This document shows, piece after piece, positions 36,560 through 45,204 of a DNA stretch of 64,000 bases (positions within the stretch are counted from its first letter, which is position 1; every line of letters starts with the position of its first letter). The position numbers and the translations under genes were made by a program. The notes beneath the pieces were generated by a model. That model made no database searches and was not told where the DNA came from. It was given only the letters and a program-made list of their open reading frames with translations. Origin of the DNA: a virus (taxonomy: Duplodnaviria > Caudoviricetes); the IMG/VR virus record IMGVR_UViG_3300035491_000281. One strand, written 5' to 3'.

Positions 36560-37963
36560 ATGGCGTTGTTTAACGAAACCGAAGAGGTGGCGCAACCCGC
36601 CCCACCGCCGACGGTCAATCCCCGTATTGAACCGGAGGTCTTTCGGGGTATCACCGTGGATACCGAATACACTCCCTCTTCCGCGTTGCTGACCTGGGTT
36701 GAGGGTTCCAATTGGACGGTGGATTATTTCTCCCAGATCCTCGGGGCCGACAGCGAACCTACCCCGCAGGCGCTGGATCGCTCGGTGACCTACCAGTCGT
36801 ACCGGCGGGTCAAGGGAATGCACCTGAAGGTGACCAGCCCGCTGGGGTTCAGTCAGGACCCCACGATCCGCACCATGGAAGTGCGCGGCAGCGGTATCAC
36901 TTATCCCTTCCTGGTCCCGAACAAAGGCGACATGTTCGTCGCCGACATCGGTGACGGCCGGGTGGGGGTGTTCACGGTCACCCTGGCCACTCGTGCCACC
37001 ATCCTGCGTGACTCGGTGTACAACGTCGAGTACGTAATGGTCTCGGAGCTGACCAACGAGCGGTTGGCAGACCTGGAACGCAAGTCGCTGGAGACCTACC
37101 ACTACTCGCATGCGTCGCTGGTGAGTGGCTGCGGACCCTTTGTCACCGCCCAGGAACTGACCCGCTCCGACCGCTATCAGACCCTGTTCCGGCAGCTGGT
37201 GCAGCGCTACCTGTCGGATTTCTTCAGTCCCGAGCACAGCACCCTGCTGGTGCCTGATCAGCTGAAGAAGACCTACGACCACTTCGCCACCAAGGCGGTC
37301 CTGCAGGTGCTGGACTCCCGTCTGGATCAGCGGATTCGCCGGATTCGGGAACTCAACGTCACGGCTGAACCGGTGATGAGTCAGCCGACCTTCTGGGATG
37401 CGCTGGTGCGGCTCGATACCAGTTTACTTTACGGCGCCACCCGCCAAGCGTTTCTGTTGTCGACCAACCACTTCAAGGGACGGCCGACGCTGCAGGCCCT
37501 GGGTTACACCGGGATTCCCCGGGTGGTGTTTCCGGAGGACGTCTCCACTGACGTCGATTCGCAGTACGACCACGATGATAGTCGTGTGATGACCGGGATT
37601 CCTTTCCGAGAAGGGCGTCCGCGCCGCCCTTTACCGGGGGCACCCCTGACCCAGGCGGAGCGGAACCTGCGTTACTTCCAGCCCACCCCGCCGCTGGACG
37701 GCGTGGACCCCTGGCGTCTACCACCGGATCTGCACCCGGTGGCGATTGACCCCTACTACGTCTTGTCGGCCGCCTTCTACAACGAAGACAAGGCCAACCA
37801 GTCGAAGTTGGAAATGCTGGTGTGGCAGGCGCTAAAGCGCGAGGCCATGAACTTGGAACAATTCGACAGTCTGCTGGAACAGGTGCTGGATTGGGATAAC
37901 CTGGAACGGTTCTATTATTACCCGATTCTATTCATCCTGCTCAAACGGGCTGGTGCGAGGTAA
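36560..37963 (+). CDS. Virion structural protein (phiKZ gp99-like position)
   Basis: LLTWVEGSNWTVDYFSQ and PNKGDMFVADIGDGR motifs; synteny. Confidence 0.65.
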   Translation: MALFNETEEVAQPAPPPTVNPRIEPEVFRGITVDTEYTPSSALLTWVEGSNWTVDYFSQILGADSEPTPQALDRSVTYQSYRRVKGMHLKVTSPLGFSQDPTIRTMEVRGSGITYPFLVPNKGDMFVADIGDGRVGVFTVTLATRATILRDSVYNVEYVMVSELTNERLADLERKSLETYHYSHASLVSGCGPFVTAQELTRSDRYQTLFRQLVQRYLSDFFSPEHSTLLVPDQLKKTYDHFATKAVLQVLDSRLDQRIRRIRELNVTAEPVMSQPTFWDALVRLDTSLLYGATRQAFLLSTNHFKGRPTLQALGYTGIPRVVFPEDVSTDVDSQYDHDDSRVMTGIPFREGRPRRPLPGAPLTQAERNLRYFQPTPPLDGVDPWRLPPDLHPVAIDPYYVLSAAFYNEDKANQSKLEMLVWQALKREAMNLEQFDSLLEQVLDWDNLERFYYYPILFILLKRAGAR

Positions 37964-37969
37964 CTCTGC

Positions 37970-38554
37970 ATGTCGCATCAAAAGGACAAGACCGCCGCGT
38001 ATCGGCTGTTTCATTACAAGTACGAGATGTACATCCCCCAGTCGTTTATGTACGGTCCCGAGTACCTGCGTAAAGTGGGGTATCATGTCAGTGGTGACGG
38101 CCGGCTCGATCGCAGTCGGTTGAACGAACCGGTCCTGATGCGACAAACCCCGGCAGCACTGGCTATCTTCTACGACGAAGGTGCCCCCATCCAATTCGCC
38201 GATCAGAAAGATGCGGTGATGGTGTATGAGGATATCCAGGAACATTTGCTCGACTGGGAACGGGTGGTCAAGCAGGGTATCCATCCGGACGATGCTCCGC
38301 CGTTGACGGAGTTCCGAATGTTCGAGGCGGTCGCCATGGCGCTTTACGAGACAGCCAAGTTCTACGAACCGGAGGAGCGCTATGGGGACGGGTTGCGTGA
38401 TCAACTCATGGCCATGAACCGTCGTCGCAATCCGGTGCGTACTGAGCGTTACCTACGCAGCAAATTGCTCGATGATCAGGGTCAGCTGAAGCCGTATGTC
38501 TCGGTGGTTGATCGGATCGAACACGAGCTTCTGGAGAATAACCCATGGCAGTAG
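37970..38554 (+). CDS. Conserved phiKZ-like protein (gp100-like position)
   Basis: 194 aa; operon packing. Confidence 0.65.
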   Translation: MSHQKDKTAAYRLFHYKYEMYIPQSFMYGPEYLRKVGYHVSGDGRLDRSRLNEPVLMRQTPAALAIFYDEGAPIQFADQKDAVMVYEDIQEHLLDWERVVKQGIHPDDAPPLTEFRMFEAVAMALYETAKFYEPEERYGDGLRDQLMAMNRRRNPVRTERYLRSKLLDDQGQLKPYVSVVDRIEHELLENNPWQ

Positions 38555-39894
38555 ATGCAACGCGCTTAATGCGGGAGGTGGACTACATCGTCGCCCAAGG
38601 CGAAAGTGCCAGCCATGTGCGTTTGTCCTGCCGTATCCGGGCAGGGCGGGAATGGATCGACCCGCAGCTGTTGGAGCTGTCCTCGCTAGAGCGGGACTAC
38701 GAAGACGGCTACGCAGACTTGCGGGTCATCCAAGTGTTGATTGGCGCTGGTACTTACGCGTATCGACTACTGCCCAATCGCGACGAACTCTGGGTTGACC
38801 TCACCGCCACCCCTCTACATGAAAACAGCACCCGCACGCGCAGCGATCGCCCCACGGTCAGTAAGCGCTATCGGGCTGTGTTAATGGAGCAGGACAACCC
38901 CGGGTTGGTGGGGCGCACACCACAGGCCTCGTCAGAAGCCGACCTGAACCTGACCGCGCCAAAGACGGTACAGCTCCAGCTGTTGGATGAAGGGGTGCAT
39001 CAGGTACGGATGCTGACGGTCGGTCGGGTGTACCGCAACACCACCCCGCTCAATGCTCTGGCGTCGCTGTTGACCGAAACCACGCAATTGCTCAGCGTCA
39101 ACAACCAGCAGGCGATCCAGGGGGTGGAGGCCGCTCCGGGGTTTAACCAGACCCCCCGGGCGCAGATCGTTATCCCACACGGTACACCCCTGACCAAGGT
39201 GCCGACGCTCCTGCAGAACGAGGAAGGGGGGATCTACGGCACCGGACTAGGTTGTTACCTACAAGCGGGTATCTGGCACCTGTTCCCAGCGTATGACTTG
39301 CAACGGTACCGCACCACACCCAAGGTCTTGACCATCCTCAATGTCCCGCCTAACCGGTACCGCGGTGCCGAGCGGACTTATCGGGTTACGACCAATCAGG
39401 TGGTGGCAGTGGCCGCCGGCGACATGTCCAGTCTCGATGTCGGGTTGGCGACACAGCTGAACGAGGGCAATGCCCTACGCTTCAGTGACGCCCGCAAGCT
39501 CTTGTCGTTTGCCGAGACCAAGGGGAATCGCACCTTACTCAAACGGGCGGAGAACCTGTTCGAAGTGGCCGGCCCGGTACTCAAAACCGGCCTGACCAAT
39601 GCCCGCTGGGCCGCTGAACGTTCCACGGCGAACCCGTTTAAGTTCTACAGTCAGATGGCGCAGCGCAATGGTCAGTATTTGAGCGTACAATGGTTGCACG
39701 GGGATGCCGAGCTGTTATACCCGGGCATGCCGGTGAAGTTCATGACCAATGCTGATGGTAAACTGGTGACGCTGCACGGTACCCTCCTAGGGGTGCACGA
39801 GCAACGTTTGCCGGGGAATGCCGGCAGCGGTATTCAAAACTACCCCGGCATGGTCACCTTGAAACTTTTCCTGTCCCGTAACGAGGGACTTTAG
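38545..39894 (+). CDS. Virion structural protein, probable baseplate hub (T4 gp27-like; phiKZ gp101-like)
   Basis: GIYGTGLGCYLQ and C-terminal LLYPGMPVK beta-barrel pattern; synteny. Confidence 0.6.
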   Translation: MAVDATRLMREVDYIVAQGESASHVRLSCRIRAGREWIDPQLLELSSLERDYEDGYADLRVIQVLIGAGTYAYRLLPNRDELWVDLTATPLHENSTRTRSDRPTVSKRYRAVLMEQDNPGLVGRTPQASSEADLNLTAPKTVQLQLLDEGVHQVRMLTVGRVYRNTTPLNALASLLTETTQLLSVNNQQAIQGVEAAPGFNQTPRAQIVIPHGTPLTKVPTLLQNEEGGIYGTGLGCYLQAGIWHLFPAYDLQRYRTTPKVLTILNVPPNRYRGAERTYRVTTNQVVAVAAGDMSSLDVGLATQLNEGNALRFSDARKLLSFAETKGNRTLLKRAENLFEVAGPVLKTGLTNARWAAERSTANPFKFYSQMAQRNGQYLSVQWLHGDAELLYPGMPVKFMTNADGKLVTLHGTLLGVHEQRLPGNAGSGIQNYPGMVTLKLFLSRNEGL

Positions 39895-39940
39895 TCATCG
39901 ACCGCCTTCGGGCGGTCGGTCTATTTTGACGTGAGGGTTG

Positions 39941-40336
39941 ATGCGTTACTTCATTGCGATAGACCGCCGCTGGGCGGGGACATTAATGAATGGGCTGGAT
40001 GAGTACTTCGGCGTGGACAGCGAAGGTCTGTTCCACATGTATGAAACCACCTGTTACTATCTGTATTGGCGCTCACACTGCGATTGGACCGGTCGCCCTG
40101 GCAACATGGATCTGATCGTCGATGAGCTGCTTTATGCGGCCGATCTACATCCGGTACCGCGCCACTTGTTGGTGACGCCCTGGGAAACCCTTTATCGCCA
40201 CATGCAGGCCTGCTTAGCCACCATTCGCAACCATCGTCCAATTGCCGCTATTGAACCGCATACCGACGAGCACTGTAATTTGATCGGATTCGTAATCACC
40301 GTAGTTATGGAAAAAACGGCGATCGCAGCGTATTAG
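39941..40336 (+). CDS. Hypothetical protein
   Basis: GAGG SD; ATG 39941. Confidence 0.55.
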   Translation: MRYFIAIDRRWAGTLMNGLDEYFGVDSEGLFHMYETTCYYLYWRSHCDWTGRPGNMDLIVDELLYAADLHPVPRHLLVTPWETLYRHMQACLATIRNHRPIAAIEPHTDEHCNLIGFVITVVMEKTAIAAY

Positions 40337-40358
40337 AGATCTATATAACCCCGGTGAA
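40332..40358 (+). promoter_or_regulatory. Putative early promoter
   Basis: ATTAGAGATCTATATAACCCCGGTGAA. Confidence 0.7.
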
Positions 40359-40386
40359 GCCACTGGAAAGCAACCCCGAGGAGCCT

Positions 40387-40488
40387 ATGCCCAAACCCCA
40401 AAACACGCCCCCCTGGATCGATGAACGCCACCTGCTGGTGGTGTTTCTGATTGGCTTGGGGATCACCTTGTACTTTAATGGCCCTTAG
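40387..40488 (+). CDS. 33-aa single-TM peptide (not in ORF track)
   Basis: GAGGAG SD; MPKPQNTPPWIDERHLLVVFLIGLGITLYFNGP. Confidence 0.6.
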   Translation: MPKPQNTPPWIDERHLLVVFLIGLGITLYFNGP

Positions 40489-40505
40489 TGGTCAAGGAGG
40501 TCAGT

Positions 40506-40916
40506 ATGGCCACCTTCTTCGCTCTGGTCTTTGTCTTTACGGTTATCGCCCTGGGTATGAATGCCCTGGTGGAGACTGTGCGCGGTAAGGTCACCCCAGA
40601 GCGCCCCGAGAAACCGCCCGCCAAAACACCGGCCGACATCGCGGTGTTCATTCGAGCAATGAGTAACGAAGGTTACTTTGGTCAGCGCAAGCTCGATGAC
40701 CGTGAGATCACTTACCTGGATGACCCGGTGTTGTCGGCAATGGCCCTAAAACTGGCTGAGCGCTACGAACTGGAGTGGACCCTACCCAACTACCGCCTAC
40801 GGCTTAGAAAGACGCCTGAGGCGGCGCCAGCGGCCTTCAGGGCCAGTTACGAATGGGTCATCATGACCCCAACCCATGCGGTGGGTTTTAACCACCCGGT
40901 GACGCCCACCTCTTAA
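40506..40916 (+). CDS. Hypothetical protein with N-terminal TM/signal anchor
   Basis: AAGGAGG SD; MATFFALVFVFTVIALG. Confidence 0.7.
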   Translation: MATFFALVFVFTVIALGMNALVETVRGKVTPERPEKPPAKTPADIAVFIRAMSNEGYFGQRKLDDREITYLDDPVLSAMALKLAERYELEWTLPNYRLRLRKTPEAAPAAFRASYEWVIMTPTHAVGFNHPVTPTS

Positions 40917-40960
40917 CTCAATCTCCATACAAACCGAAAGAACCAATAAGGAGAACACCC

Positions 40961-41590
40961 ATGACTTTGATCGTCATTGATCAATTTCGCACCACCGCAG
41001 ACAGTTACGCCACCGTGACCGAGACCGACGGCACCGTTCGGGTCGAGGAACACTTCCCGAAAATCTTCAAACTCACCGGACCGGTGGTGTTCGGGTTCGG
41101 CGAACTGGAATCCTTTTACACTCTGGCATTCTGTGGCGATGCCCACAGCTTTTATGCCTTCTACCAAGCCTTCCAGCCCCTGCTACTGAAGCAGGGGCGT
41201 ATGACGGCAAGCACGCTGTTGGAACTGGCGGAGGGTATTGAGGGTAATCGTTGCATGGTGATCGTGCCGTTCGAGAACGCGGTGCTGACCACGACCTTCG
41301 GTGGTGGTCTGCCGGTGGAACAACATTACCATGAAGGGAGCGTGTTCGCCTTTGGTAGTGCTTACCTACCCGACCCATTCCTGCCGGTGGAGACCCGGGC
41401 GTGGTTCAGTATCTTTCAGGACGCAGTCACCACCGACCGCCTTCCTGGGAATGACCTGCATTTCCTGGCGCATAATCGGGAGGTCCTACCGGCGGAAGCA
41501 ACTCGGGATACCCTGTTGCCCTCGCCCCGCCGTCTGACGTTGTTCCAGCGGTTGGGGCGTGCACGCCGCACCCCGAAAAACGACGATTGA
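40961..41590 (+). CDS. Ntn-hydrolase (HslV/proteasome beta-like) protein
   Basis: N-terminal MTLIV...ADS, downstream KIFKL and FCGD, then FGSA: the order expected for Thr-nucleophile folds. Confidence 0.5.
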   Translation: MTLIVIDQFRTTADSYATVTETDGTVRVEEHFPKIFKLTGPVVFGFGELESFYTLAFCGDAHSFYAFYQAFQPLLLKQGRMTASTLLELAEGIEGNRCMVIVPFENAVLTTTFGGGLPVEQHYHEGSVFAFGSAYLPDPFLPVETRAWFSIFQDAVTTDRLPGNDLHFLAHNREVLPAEATRDTLLPSPRRLTLFQRLGRARRTPKNDD

Positions 41591-41595
41591 AAGAA

Positions 41596-41622
41596 ATTTG
41601 AAACCCATATCACCCGCATGAA
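41596..41622 (+). promoter_or_regulatory. Putative early promoter
   Basis: ATTTGAAACCCATATCACCCGCATGAA. Confidence 0.6.
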
Positions 41623-41657
41623 CTAACCCACCCTGTAACACCGTAGGAGGTAACACC

Positions 41658-42005
41658 ATGGTCCTTTTGAACATTGCTGCCCGCGCTATCGTTGGCTATG
41701 CTGTTGGTCACGTCATTGGCGAGGTCGCCGGGCGCGCCGCGGTTAAAGTAAAAACCAAACTCGCCACCGCCCGCCGGCAGCAGCTGGTACGCAAGTATGT
41801 CGATGAGCACAACAGCTGCGTGAGCCTGCTGTCGCAGTTCGATGACAAGCTGTCCCATGACGTGATCGCCGAACGTGCCCACCGCCACGCCCTGCTGCGC
41901 GCCCACGAAGGCGGCTTGGATTTCCAAGGTATCGCTCAGCTTAAGAGTATCCTGCTGGCCGCCCAGAACTCCACTGTCGCTCCTCAGCCTGAAACTGCTG
42001 ATTGA
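41658..42005 (+). CDS. Hypothetical early protein with hydrophobic N-terminus
   Basis: AGGAGG SD. Confidence 0.75.
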   Translation: MVLLNIAARAIVGYAVGHVIGEVAGRAAVKVKTKLATARRQQLVRKYVDEHNSCVSLLSQFDDKLSHDVIAERAHRHALLRAHEGGLDFQGIAQLKSILLAAQNSTVAPQPETAD

Positions 42006-42010
42006 ACCAA

Positions 42011-42037
42011 ATTTAAGAACTATATAACCCAGGTGAA
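42011..42037 (+). promoter_or_regulatory. Putative early promoter
   Basis: ATTTAAGAACTATATAACCCAGGTGAA. Confidence 0.7.
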
Positions 42038-42088
42038 TAAAGCCAGCCCAAGGCTTTACCAACCCCGTAAATACCCAGGAGAAACACC

Positions 42089-42364
42089 ATGAACTTCGAA
42101 AACTTCGCTGCTAAACTGAATGCCGCCAAAATCAACGCTTCGCTGGAAGACGACGCTACAGCCAAGCCGAACGAGGCCAAGGCTGAGCCGAGCAAGACCG
42201 AAGACGCGCCTAAGGCCGGCTTCTTCCGTCGTAACAGCAAGCGCCTGACCATCGGTGCGGCCGCCGTCGCCGGTGTCGCTGCCCTCGGCGGCGTCGCCTG
42301 GATGGTGCTCAGCAAAGGTGCCGAAGGCGCCTCGGCTCTGGCCGATGCCGTCACCGACGTCTGA
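42089..42364 (+). CDS. Small protein with a TM segment in the C-terminal half
   Basis: AGGAG SD; LTIGAAAVAGVAALGGVAWMVL; optimal codons. Confidence 0.75.
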   Translation: MNFENFAAKLNAAKINASLEDDATAKPNEAKAEPSKTEDAPKAGFFRRNSKRLTIGAAAVAGVAALGGVAWMVLSKGAEGASALADAVTDV

Positions 42365-42430
42365 TGTAGTAAACCCCGGGCTTCGGCCCGGGGCTTCCCG
42401 AACGCATTCCTTTTGAGTGCGTTTCGGAAG

Positions 42431-42619
42431 CCCCTAACCCCTTAGTCGCAGGAGACTAACCATGGAATTCAATCCAATGATCGACCTCGTAGTGCTGACC
42501 GGTTTCGCCACGGTTCTCTTCGGTTCCCTCTGGGCGCTGGAGCGGGTAATCCGCCCGAAAGCCACCGAGCGTCAAACTGGTGCCACCCGCATCACCCCTA
42601 AAGCCTAAGTCGCAGGAGA
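42431..42619 (+). repeat. 25-nt direct repeats (42431-42455 and 42595-42619, 22/25 identical) bracketing the 48-aa gene
   Basis: CCCCTAACCCCTTAGTCGCAGGAGA vs CCCCTAAAGCCTAAGTCGCAGGAGA; related copy CCCCAAGCCCGCAGGAG near 43222-43238. Confidence 0.75.
42462..42608 (+). CDS. 48-aa single-TM peptide (not in ORF track)
   Basis: AGGAG SD; MEFNPMIDLVVLTGFATVLFGSLWALERVIRPKATERQTGATRITPKA. Confidence 0.65.
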   Translation: MEFNPMIDLVVLTGFATVLFGSLWALERVIRPKATERQTGATRITPKA

Positions 42620-42625
42620 TTGGCT

Positions 42626-42811
42626 ATGACCACCAACAACGAAACTCAGAACGACACCAACACCTCTGAAAAAGAAGCGCCTAACGGCCCCGGTATCGTT
42701 CTCGGTATAGTCGCCGGCGTTACCTTTTGCGCTTCAATCGCCGCCTCGGCGGCGTTGCTCTGCGTCGGCTTTAAGTGCGGTAAGTCTCTGGTGGAAGGAG
42801 CGTTCAAATGA
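42626..42811 (+). CDS. 61-aa single-TM peptide
   Basis: AGGAG SD; GIVLGIVAGVTFCASIAASAALLCVG. Confidence 0.7.
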   Translation: MTTNNETQNDTNTSEKEAPNGPGIVLGIVAGVTFCASIAASAALLCVGFKCGKSLVEGAFK

Positions 42812-43209
42812 GTGCCACCCCCAGCCCTACCCCCAAGGGGGCTTTTCGCACCCTGATGAGCAACGGCCAAACGGCGTTTCACGATGAGACCGGTGTGGTG
42901 TTTCTCCGCGATACCACCAGCCACGGCAAGGTGGTCCGGTACCGGGACGGCCTGCTCGACCACACCGTGCGTCGGGCCCTGATCGACGTCATCGTCGAGG
43001 GTAAAGAATCGCCGATCTTTGACCGGGCCCTGGTGCGCCGCGGTCGGGACGGAGAGTTCTATTACTACCCGCTACCTCTGATCTTCGCCAGTAAAGAAGA
43101 ACGGGAATTGGCCGCCAAGGCCATGAACCGCCGACCCCCGTCGGAACGCTGGGCACTGCGCCGCCGTCGGCAAGTGCTCGATACCCTCGGTCTGTCGACC
43201 GAACTGTAA
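42808..43209 (+). CDS. Hypothetical protein
   Basis: GGAG SD; ATGA overlap. Confidence 0.7.
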   Translation: MSATPSPTPKGAFRTLMSNGQTAFHDETGVVFLRDTTSHGKVVRYRDGLLDHTVRRALIDVIVEGKESPIFDRALVRRGRDGEFYYYPLPLIFASKEERELAAKAMNRRPPSERWALRRRRQVLDTLGLSTEL

Positions 43210-43247
43210 CACCTCGGACAACCCCAAGCCCGCAGGAGGGCCCTCTC

Positions 43248-43580
43248 ATGACCAAGACCATCAACCTCACCGCTACCCCCGCCACCCGTGTTCAGAAGCT
43301 CTGCGGTCTCGTTGACCTGCCTGAGCGCAGCCAGCGTTACGTCGCTGAAGAACTGGCCTCACTGGGCGGTAAAAACCATGCGCAACTGGAACTGCTCGCC
43401 AGCGGTCTGGTGGCTGTGGCCGCCCAGTTCATCGAAACCGAAGCGCGCGCCGGCCGGGTCGGCTACACCGCGGTGCAGCTTGACGCGCCCGCCCAGCTGA
43501 TGCCTTACCTGTGCGACGCCCTGGCGGACTACCTGCCAGAGCTGGCCGTCATCGACAATGAACTGGCCCACGTTGCGTAA
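43248..43580 (+). CDS. Hypothetical protein
   Basis: AGGAGG SD. Confidence 0.7.
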   Translation: MTKTINLTATPATRVQKLCGLVDLPERSQRYVAEELASLGGKNHAQLELLASGLVAVAAQFIETEARAGRVGYTAVQLDAPAQLMPYLCDALADYLPELAVIDNELAHVA

Positions 43581-43642
43581 CAGCCTCCTGGGCTGGGACA
43601 AGGACGTCCCGAATATCCCCTCGTCTGTAGGAAGACCCTAAC

Positions 43643-43816
43643 ATGAAATACCTGACTCAAGCCCTACTCGCTGCGTTTGCCGGCTTTACCCTCGCCGCGG
43701 CCGTGGAGTACTACCACCTGACCCAGCCGGTCGGGAGCGTCAGTAAGGACTTCTGCAGTGAGTCCTGCACCAGCTTTGAAATCAACGTCAGCCAACTGCA
43801 TCCGCAAGAGGATTAA
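43643..43816 (+). CDS. 57-aa protein with signal-peptide-like N-terminus and CxxxC (not in ORF track)
   Basis: MKYLTQALLAAFAGFTLAAAVEYYHLTQPVGSVSKDFCSESCTSFEINVSQLHPQED; AGGA SD. Confidence 0.6.
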   Translation: MKYLTQALLAAFAGFTLAAAVEYYHLTQPVGSVSKDFCSESCTSFEINVSQLHPQED

Positions 43817-43819
43817 TCC

Positions 43820-43957
43820 ATGTTTGAGAAAGCCACCACCGAAAGCAAAGAACTGGCCCGTAACACCCTGACCTACCTGAAGCACGGTCTGATGTTCGGT
43901 GCCATTGTTGGTACCGTCTCTGCGGTCGTCATCATCGCCCGCGGCATCACCAAGTAA
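43820..43957 (+). CDS. 45-aa single-TM peptide (not in ORF track)
   Basis: GAGGA SD; MFEKATTESKELARNTLTYLKHGLMFGAIVGTVSAVVIIARGITK. Confidence 0.65.
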   Translation: MFEKATTESKELARNTLTYLKHGLMFGAIVGTVSAVVIIARGITK

Positions 43958-43979
43958 CCCACGTTAGAAGGATAACGCC

Positions 43980-44111
43980 ATGAACACCCAACAATCCAAC
44001 CCTTTCATGAATCTGGCCCACTTCGTTTCCGGCAACGTAGCCTTCGGCTTCGGTGTCGCGGTGACTTACTGCCTGATTACCCAAGCCGCCAAAGCGGTGG
44101 TCAATCGCTAA
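43980..44111 (+). CDS. 43-aa hydrophobic peptide (not in ORF track)
   Basis: AAGGA SD; MNTQQSNPFMNLAHFVSGNVAFGFGVAVTYCLITQAAKAVVNR. Confidence 0.6.
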   Translation: MNTQQSNPFMNLAHFVSGNVAFGFGVAVTYCLITQAAKAVVNR

Positions 44112-44121
44112 GCGGTAACCC

Positions 44122-44154
44122 GAAAGGGAGGGGGTCCCGCCCCCTTCTTTTTTT
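44122..44154 (+). terminator. Intrinsic terminator closing the early peptide array
   Basis: GGGAGGGGG-TCCCG-CCCCCTTC plus T-tract. Confidence 0.7.
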
Positions 44155-44170
44155 CTCTAGTGGGGGTAGT

Positions 44171-44620
44171 ATGATCGTCAATGAACGCCGAGGGAATATC
44201 CTCAACAGTGACTGCCAGACCGTGGTAATCACCACCAACTGTGTCGGAGTGATGGGCAAAGGCCTAGCCAAGAGCGCCAGACTGCGCCATCCTGCCCTCT
44301 ACCGCGCGTACCGCGCCCTGTACCTGAACCGAATGCTGCGCGTTGATCGACCGTACCTGGTCAGTCTTCCCGACGACCAGAAGTTTCTCTTGTTTCCCAC
44401 CAAAGACCATTGGCGGGAACCGTCACGACTGGAATGGATTGAAACGAACCTACGATGGATTGCCGATAACTACCCTAAAGGAGAGTTGGTAGAAGTGACC
44501 TCATTAGCCGTACCACCACTCGGCTGCGGCTTGGGTGGTCTGGACTACGCCTTGGTTAAGCCCCTGATCGAGCAGTATCTCCACCCCCTTTCTCTCCCGG
44601 TAACCCTGTACTTACCTTAA
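44171..44620 (+). CDS. DarG-like macrodomain ADP-ribosyl hydrolase
   Basis: GNILNSDCQTVVITTNCVGVMGKGLA, LFPTKDHWREPSRLEWIE and SLAVPPLGCGLGGLD match the DarG macrodomain, including the FPTK lysine. Confidence 0.85.
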   Translation: MIVNERRGNILNSDCQTVVITTNCVGVMGKGLAKSARLRHPALYRAYRALYLNRMLRVDRPYLVSLPDDQKFLLFPTKDHWREPSRLEWIETNLRWIADNYPKGELVEVTSLAVPPLGCGLGGLDYALVKPLIEQYLHPLSLPVTLYLP

Positions 44621-44634
44621 AGGATCGATGAAAA

Positions 44635-45201
44635 ATGAATCCCCGTCTTTACGCACCGCTGGAAGCCAACGAAGAAGTCGCCGCCACCGTTTCAGAAATG
44701 CAGGCATTCCCACCGAATTGCAATCCCTTCCGGCATGATCATTTCCACATGGGGTCGGACCTCGTTCGCGGCTGGATGGCCATGCACAGCGGCTTTGACC
44801 GCGACGATGAACCACTCCCATTGAACTACGTGATTCTGGTCAACCAACGCACCGGCCAACGCCTCAAAGTAGAACTTCTCCCGAAGACCCCGAAACTGCG
44901 TGGTGTGGTCACGATTATCGCGGCTGACCGCATCGTCGATGAGAGTGAGTTTTACATCTGGCTTGATGGTAATGACGCCGGTTTGAACTGGGTCGGTATT
45001 GGTGAGGACTGGGATCGTACCTTGATCCAAGCTAAAGCCTATTACCGCCACGGGGACTTCATGATCCGCATGGAGGCGCTGACCAGTTACGACACCTTTC
45101 AGGAACAATGGGAACGCTACACCTTCAGCGACGTTCCAGAGCGGGCGATTTACGACCGGATCGTTGCCCGCATCAATACCCTTTTAATCGATAAGGACTG
45201 A
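44635..45201 (+). CDS. Hypothetical protein
   Basis: AAGGA SD; 188 aa. Confidence 0.7.
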   Translation: MNPRLYAPLEANEEVAATVSEMQAFPPNCNPFRHDHFHMGSDLVRGWMAMHSGFDRDDEPLPLNYVILVNQRTGQRLKVELLPKTPKLRGVVTIIAADRIVDESEFYIWLDGNDAGLNWVGIGEDWDRTLIQAKAYYRHGDFMIRMEALTSYDTFQEQWERYTFSDVPERAIYDRIVARINTLLIDKD

Positions 45202-45204
45202 GTC

